Assembly: GCA_050948665.1 (NCBI GenBank)
Contig: JBMNEH010000001.1
Span: 1,298,650 to 1,362,649 of the forward strand
DNA: 64,000 bases
DNA from: Christensenellales bacterium
Lineage (GTDB): Bacteria; Bacillota; Clostridia; Christensenellales; UMGS416
Reading direction: 5' to 3'
Both the position numbers and the translations under genes were made by a program. Below, in pieces: positions 60,527 to 64,000 of the stretch; within the stretch, counting starts at the first letter, position 1, and the number at the start of each line of letters is the position of its first letter. The notes under the pieces were generated by a model, which worked only from the letters and a program-made list of their open reading frames with translations, was not told the origin of the DNA and did not search any database.

Positions 60527-63500
60527 TGGGAACCTTTACCCATCTTCATGTACATACCGAATACAGTCTGCTGGACGGAGCCGCTAGAATCGACGACCTT
60601 GTGACGCAATGCAAAGCCAAGGGTATGACCCACTTAGCAATAACCGACCATGGTGTTATGTTTGGCGCAGTAACTTTTTATAAAGCTTGTATAGAACAAG
60701 GAATTACGCCGATCATTGGATGTGAAGTATATGTTGCCTCCGGAGACCGTCTCAGCATGGAGCCGACAGACAGAGAATCCGCCCATTTAGTTCTACTCTG
60801 CCGGAACGAAATCGGTTACAGAAATCTCTGCAAACTGGTTTCTGCTGCACATGTGGAAGGCTTTTATTATAAACCTCGTATAGATTATGATCTACTGGAG
60901 CAATACAGGGACGGTCTGATAGCCTTATCAGCTTGTCTGGCAGGAGATATACCTCGCTTGCTTCGGGACGGCCGTTATGTGGATGCAAAAAAACTTGCTA
61001 TGCGCCTTCGTGATATGATGGGAGAAGGTGGTTTTTATCTGGAATTGCAGGACCATGGTATTTTAGAGCAAAAAAGCTTGAATCCGGAACTGGTTCGCCT
61101 TTCCAAGGATACCGGTATTCCTTTGGTAGCTACCAACGACGTTCATTATGTACAACAAGAGGATGCCGAGGCACACGATATCCTTCTTTGCATCCAAACC
61201 CAACATACAGTTGACGAACAGGATCGTATGCGCTTTGAGACCCGCGAGTTCTATCTTAAGTCCCCGGAAGAAATGCTGGCCTTATTTGCATGGTGTCCGG
61301 AAGCCATTGAGAATACAGAAAAAATTGCTGCTTCATGCAAGTTCGATTTTGATTTCGGAAGGCTCCATTTGCCCTTATTTACAGCACCTGACAGTATACC
61401 AAACCGGGATTTTCTGAATGATTTGGCAGAAAAAGGGTTGCGGGAGCGGTATCCGACTACGAATGCTTCTCTTCAGGATAGGCTTCGTTACGAGCTGGGC
61501 GTCATTGAATCCATGGGTTTTGTGGATTACTTTCTGATTGTTTGGGATTTTATTCGGTTTGCAAGGGAACAAGATATACAGGTGGGTCCGGGAAGAGGAA
61601 GCGGTGCCGGCAGCCTTGTAGCCTATTGTCTCTACATTACTGATGTGGACCCAATACAGTATAACCTTGTGTTTGAACGTTTCTTAAATCCGGAGCGAAT
61701 CTCCATGCCGGATTTTGACATTGACTTTTGTTATGAACGCCGGGCTGAAGTAATCAACTATGTTGCCAGTAAATACGGGAAAGATCATGTGGCACAGATT
61801 ATAACCTTTGGCACAATGGCGGCCCGGGCGGTTATACGAGATGTAGGCAGAGCTCTTAATATGAGTTACAGTGATACCGATGCAATAGCGAAAATGATAC
61901 CTTTTCAGCTGGGCATGACACTGGAAAAGGCTCTGAATACCAACAAGGATCTGAAAACAAAGTGCGAGGAAGATCCACAAGTCCGCCAGTTAATCACCAT
62001 GGCCAAAAAACTTGAGGGACTGCCACGACACGCCTCCACACACGCTGCAGGTGTTTTAATCACAAGACTGCCGGTGACGGATTATTTGCCATTGAATCGC
62101 AACGGTGAAGTTATCACGACGCAATACCCCATGACACAGGTAGAAGAACTGGGCCTACTGAAAATGGATTTTTTGGGTCTGCGGACTCTGACTGTCATTC
62201 GCGACGCGGTACAGATGGTAAAAGATAATTATGGCGTAACACTTGACATGAGTGCGCTGCCTTTGGATGACCCTGAGGTATATCGGCTTATTGGACAGGG
62301 GAATACCGATGGGGTTTTCCAGTTGGAGAGCGCCGGCATGCGTGCCTTTATGAAGGAACTGCAGCCGGATTGTATGGAAGATATCGTGGCAGGTATATCG
62401 TTATACCGTCCGGGTCCTATGGACTCAATTCCGCGATATATTGCCGGTAAGAAAAACCCACAAACCATTCACTATGATCATCCGGTGATGGAAGCTTCTC
62501 TAGCTGTTACTTATGGCTGTATGGTCTATCAAGAACAGGTGATGCAATTGGTACGCGACATGGCAGGTTACTCTTGGGGTCGCAGTGATTTGGTTCGCCG
62601 TGCAATGGCAAAGAAAAAACACAGCGTGATGGAGAAAGAGCGGGAGTATTTCATCTACGGTTTAGTGGAGGATGGCATAGTTGTCATCCCCGGATGTGTG
62701 CGGAACGGCATTTCCAAAGAAACAGCAGAAAAAGTATTCCATGACATGATGGAATTTGCCAACTATGCCTTTAACAAGTCGCATGCTGCCTGTTATGCAA
62801 TTATTGCATACCGTACAGCATGGTTGAAAGCACATTACCCCGTTGAGTTCATGACGGCAATGATGAACTCTATTCTTGGAAATAATGATAAAGTCTCCCA
62901 GTACATCGATTACTGCAGGAGGAGCGGAATTCAAGTATTGCCGCCCCACATTTCCTACAGCGAGGTGCGTTTCTCCTGTAAAAACGGCGTCATTCGTATG
63001 GGCCTCGGCGGTGTGAAAAATGTGGGAACTGCGGTTATGGAAAAGATATTGGAAGAGCGGCGGAAGAACGGTGCCTTTCGGGATATTTTTGATTTTGTCA
63101 ATCGAATTCCGACAGCTTATCTGAACAAACGCATGATAGAGAGCATGATTAAGGCAGGCTCTTTTGATAATATGGGAGCTACCCGAAGCCAACTGCTAAG
63201 TGTCTATGAAGAGATTCTGGACGGTGCCCAGCACAGAAAACGTGATAACCTTTCCGGCCAACTGTCTCTGTTTGGGGAGGGTGTTGAAGCCACGCTGCCA
63301 CAGGAGTTTAAAGCATTTCCCAAGGTACCCGAACACCCGAAGCGTATCCTTCTCATGATGGAAAAGGAGATGACCGGCGTGTACATTTCCGGACATCCTC
63401 TGGATGATGTGGAGGATCAAATCAGAGATATCCAGATACATGCCGAGATGTTCCGGGAAAAAGATGAAGAGTCTTTAGCGCAAGGAGAGACAATTCTCGA

Positions 63501-64000
63501 AGATGAAAGCATTGTGACGGTAGCCGGAATGGTGGATGCTGTTTCAACGAAGCCTACAAAGTCACAAAAGCTGATGGCCTTTATAACCCTTGAGGATAAA
63601 ACTGGATCAATGGAAATTATTGTATTTCCGTCCGAATACCAGAACTACTACCATTTACTAACACCAAACGCATTCCTACGTGTTACAGGAAGGGTAAGTG
63701 CTCGGGAAGGCCGCCCATCTACGCTTATTCTGCAGAAAGTTGCCAAAATTGAGGATAGAGGCACAGTGAATCTTGGCACCATTTGGAGGCGCCTTTGCTT
63801 GCGTATACCCGCATCCTCGGGAGAGGGTCTTTGGCAAAACATACTATACCGGCTTCATAGGGATTCCGGTTCTGTGCCGGTATTTGTTCAGGACGATCGT
63901 CTCGGAAAGAAATTCAAACTTGTGGACGGAACCGCAGCGTCCTCTGAATTGTTGCAGGATTTAAGACAAATGTTGGGTACTGGAAATGTTATAGTAGAAT
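60526..64000 (+). CDS. dnaE: DNA polymerase III alpha subunit (3' end outside window)
   Basis: Hand-translated. ATG at 60526 (TAATG overlap with nth). PHP domain MGTFTHLHVHTEYSLLDGAARIDDL...HLAITDHGVMFGA. Frame open to nt 64000. OB-fold region MAFITLEDKTGSMEIIVFP near the end. Not in the ORF track because there is no stop in the window. Confidence 0.9.
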   Translation, partial: MGTFTHLHVHTEYSLLDGAARIDDLVTQCKAKGMTHLAITDHGVMFGAVTFYKACIEQGITPIIGCEVYVASGDRLSMEPTDRESAHLVLLCRNEIGYRNLCKLVSAAHVEGFYYKPRIDYDLLEQYRDGLIALSACLAGDIPRLLRDGRYVDAKKLAMRLRDMMGEGGFYLELQDHGILEQKSLNPELVRLSKDTGIPLVATNDVHYVQQEDAEAHDILLCIQTQHTVDEQDRMRFETREFYLKSPEEMLALFAWCPEAIENTEKIAASCKFDFDFGRLHLPLFTAPDSIPNRDFLNDLAEKGLRERYPTTNASLQDRLRYELGVIESMGFVDYFLIVWDFIRFAREQDIQVGPGRGSGAGSLVAYCLYITDVDPIQYNLVFERFLNPERISMPDFDIDFCYERRAEVINYVASKYGKDHVAQIITFGTMAARAVIRDVGRALNMSYSDTDAIAKMIPFQLGMTLEKALNTNKDLKTKCEEDPQVRQLITMAKKLEGLPRHASTHAAGVLITRLPVTDYLPLNRNGEVITTQYPMTQVEELGLLKMDFLGLRTLTVIRDAVQMVKDNYGVTLDMSALPLDDPEVYRLIGQGNTDGVFQLESAGMRAFMKELQPDCMEDIVAGISLYRPGPMDSIPRYIAGKKNPQTIHYDHPVMEASLAVTYGCMVYQEQVMQLVRDMAGYSWGRSDLVRRAMAKKKHSVMEKEREYFIYGLVEDGIVVIPGCVRNGISKETAEKVFHDMMEFANYAFNKSHAACYAIIAYRTAWLKAHYPVEFMTAMMNSILGNNDKVSQYIDYCRRSGIQVLPPHISYSEVRFSCKNGVIRMGLGGVKNVGTAVMEKILEERRKNGAFRDIFDFVNRIPTAYLNKRMIESMIKAGSFDNMGATRSQLLSVYEEILDGAQHRKRDNLSGQLSLFGEGVEATLPQEFKAFPKVPEHPKRILLMMEKEMTGVYISGHPLDDVEDQIRDIQIHAEMFREKDEESLAQGETILEDESIVTVAGMVDAVSTKPTKSQKLMAFITLEDKTGSMEIIVFPSEYQNYYHLLTPNAFLRVTGRVSAREGRPSTLILQKVAKIEDRGTVNLGTIWRRLCLRIPASSGEGLWQNILYRLHRDSGSVPVFVQDDRLGKKFKLVDGTAASSELLQDLRQMLGTGNVIVE

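Noticed and set aside
60633-63842. Many 60-176-aa minus-strand ORFs between 60.6 and 63.8 kb
   Set aside because: All lie antisense to the single long dnaE reading frame. That frame is missing from the track only because it has no stop codon within the window.

Overview
This 64-kb window comes from a Firmicutes/Clostridia-type chromosome. I inferred that from gene content only; no searches were run.

**Layout**
- **1-2586, host flank:** two tandem Gfo/Idh/MocA oxidoreductases, a MarR regulator, and a tRNA-Gln(CUG)/tRNA-Glu(CUC) pair with its own promoter and terminator.
- **About 2.7-40.9 kb, prophage:** a complete-looking siphovirus-type prophage, transcribed almost entirely leftward. From left to right it carries:
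  - two tandem large serine recombinases, with SHOCT-like and sigma-r4/Zn-ribbon genes;
  - a divergent XRE regulator;
  - a holin and a SpoIID-amidase-SPOR endolysin;
  - a tail module, including a tape measure and a chaperone with a -1 frameshift;
  - an HK97-type head module, portal and terL;
  - a 5.4-kb cargo block (two ParB-fused DNA methyltransferases flanking a metK) that separates terL from terS and HNH;
  - a late-regulator cassette;
  - a replication module: SNF2, VRR-NUC, VirE-type primase/helicase, family-A polymerase, DUF2815-like and DUF2800-like.
- **41.0-51.5 kb, accessory/defence island (lower GC by spot counts):** an HTH gene, a Type III-like mod/res pair, a sigma-like gene, and a tight four-gene operon. 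That operon encodes three uncharacterised proteins and an RloC/PrrC-like ABC ATPase.
- **51.7-57.8 kb:** a 1713-aa wall-anchored adhesin (VPKTG signal, five 110-aa repeats) with a class B sortase.
- **58.2-64.0 kb, housekeeping genes:** TrmH-family methyltransferase, frameshifted sfsA, nth, and dnaE (3' end outside the window; absent from the ORF track because it has no stop in the window).

**Best candidate for an undescribed system:** operon 47065-51521. Its three small proteins share a roughly 22-aa motif (NNYGKGVQ...TINL), and two of them are paralogs. They are co-transcribed with an ABC ATPase that has a coiled-coil insert, a CPYC motif and a putative anticodon-nuclease tail. The operon lies directly downstream of the Type III-like R-M pair.

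**Non-coding repeat families, read directly from the sequence:**
- a 32-nt motif upstream of three leftward operons;
- a promoter-like TGCTATA(A/T)(T/A) motif, three copies;
- 10-bp-phased TTG(G/T)C repeats flanking the late-regulator cassette;
- a GGACA(A/G) iteron-like cluster;
- an ATACCCnCGCTTTCGATT family at both 2.7 kb and 58.0 kb.
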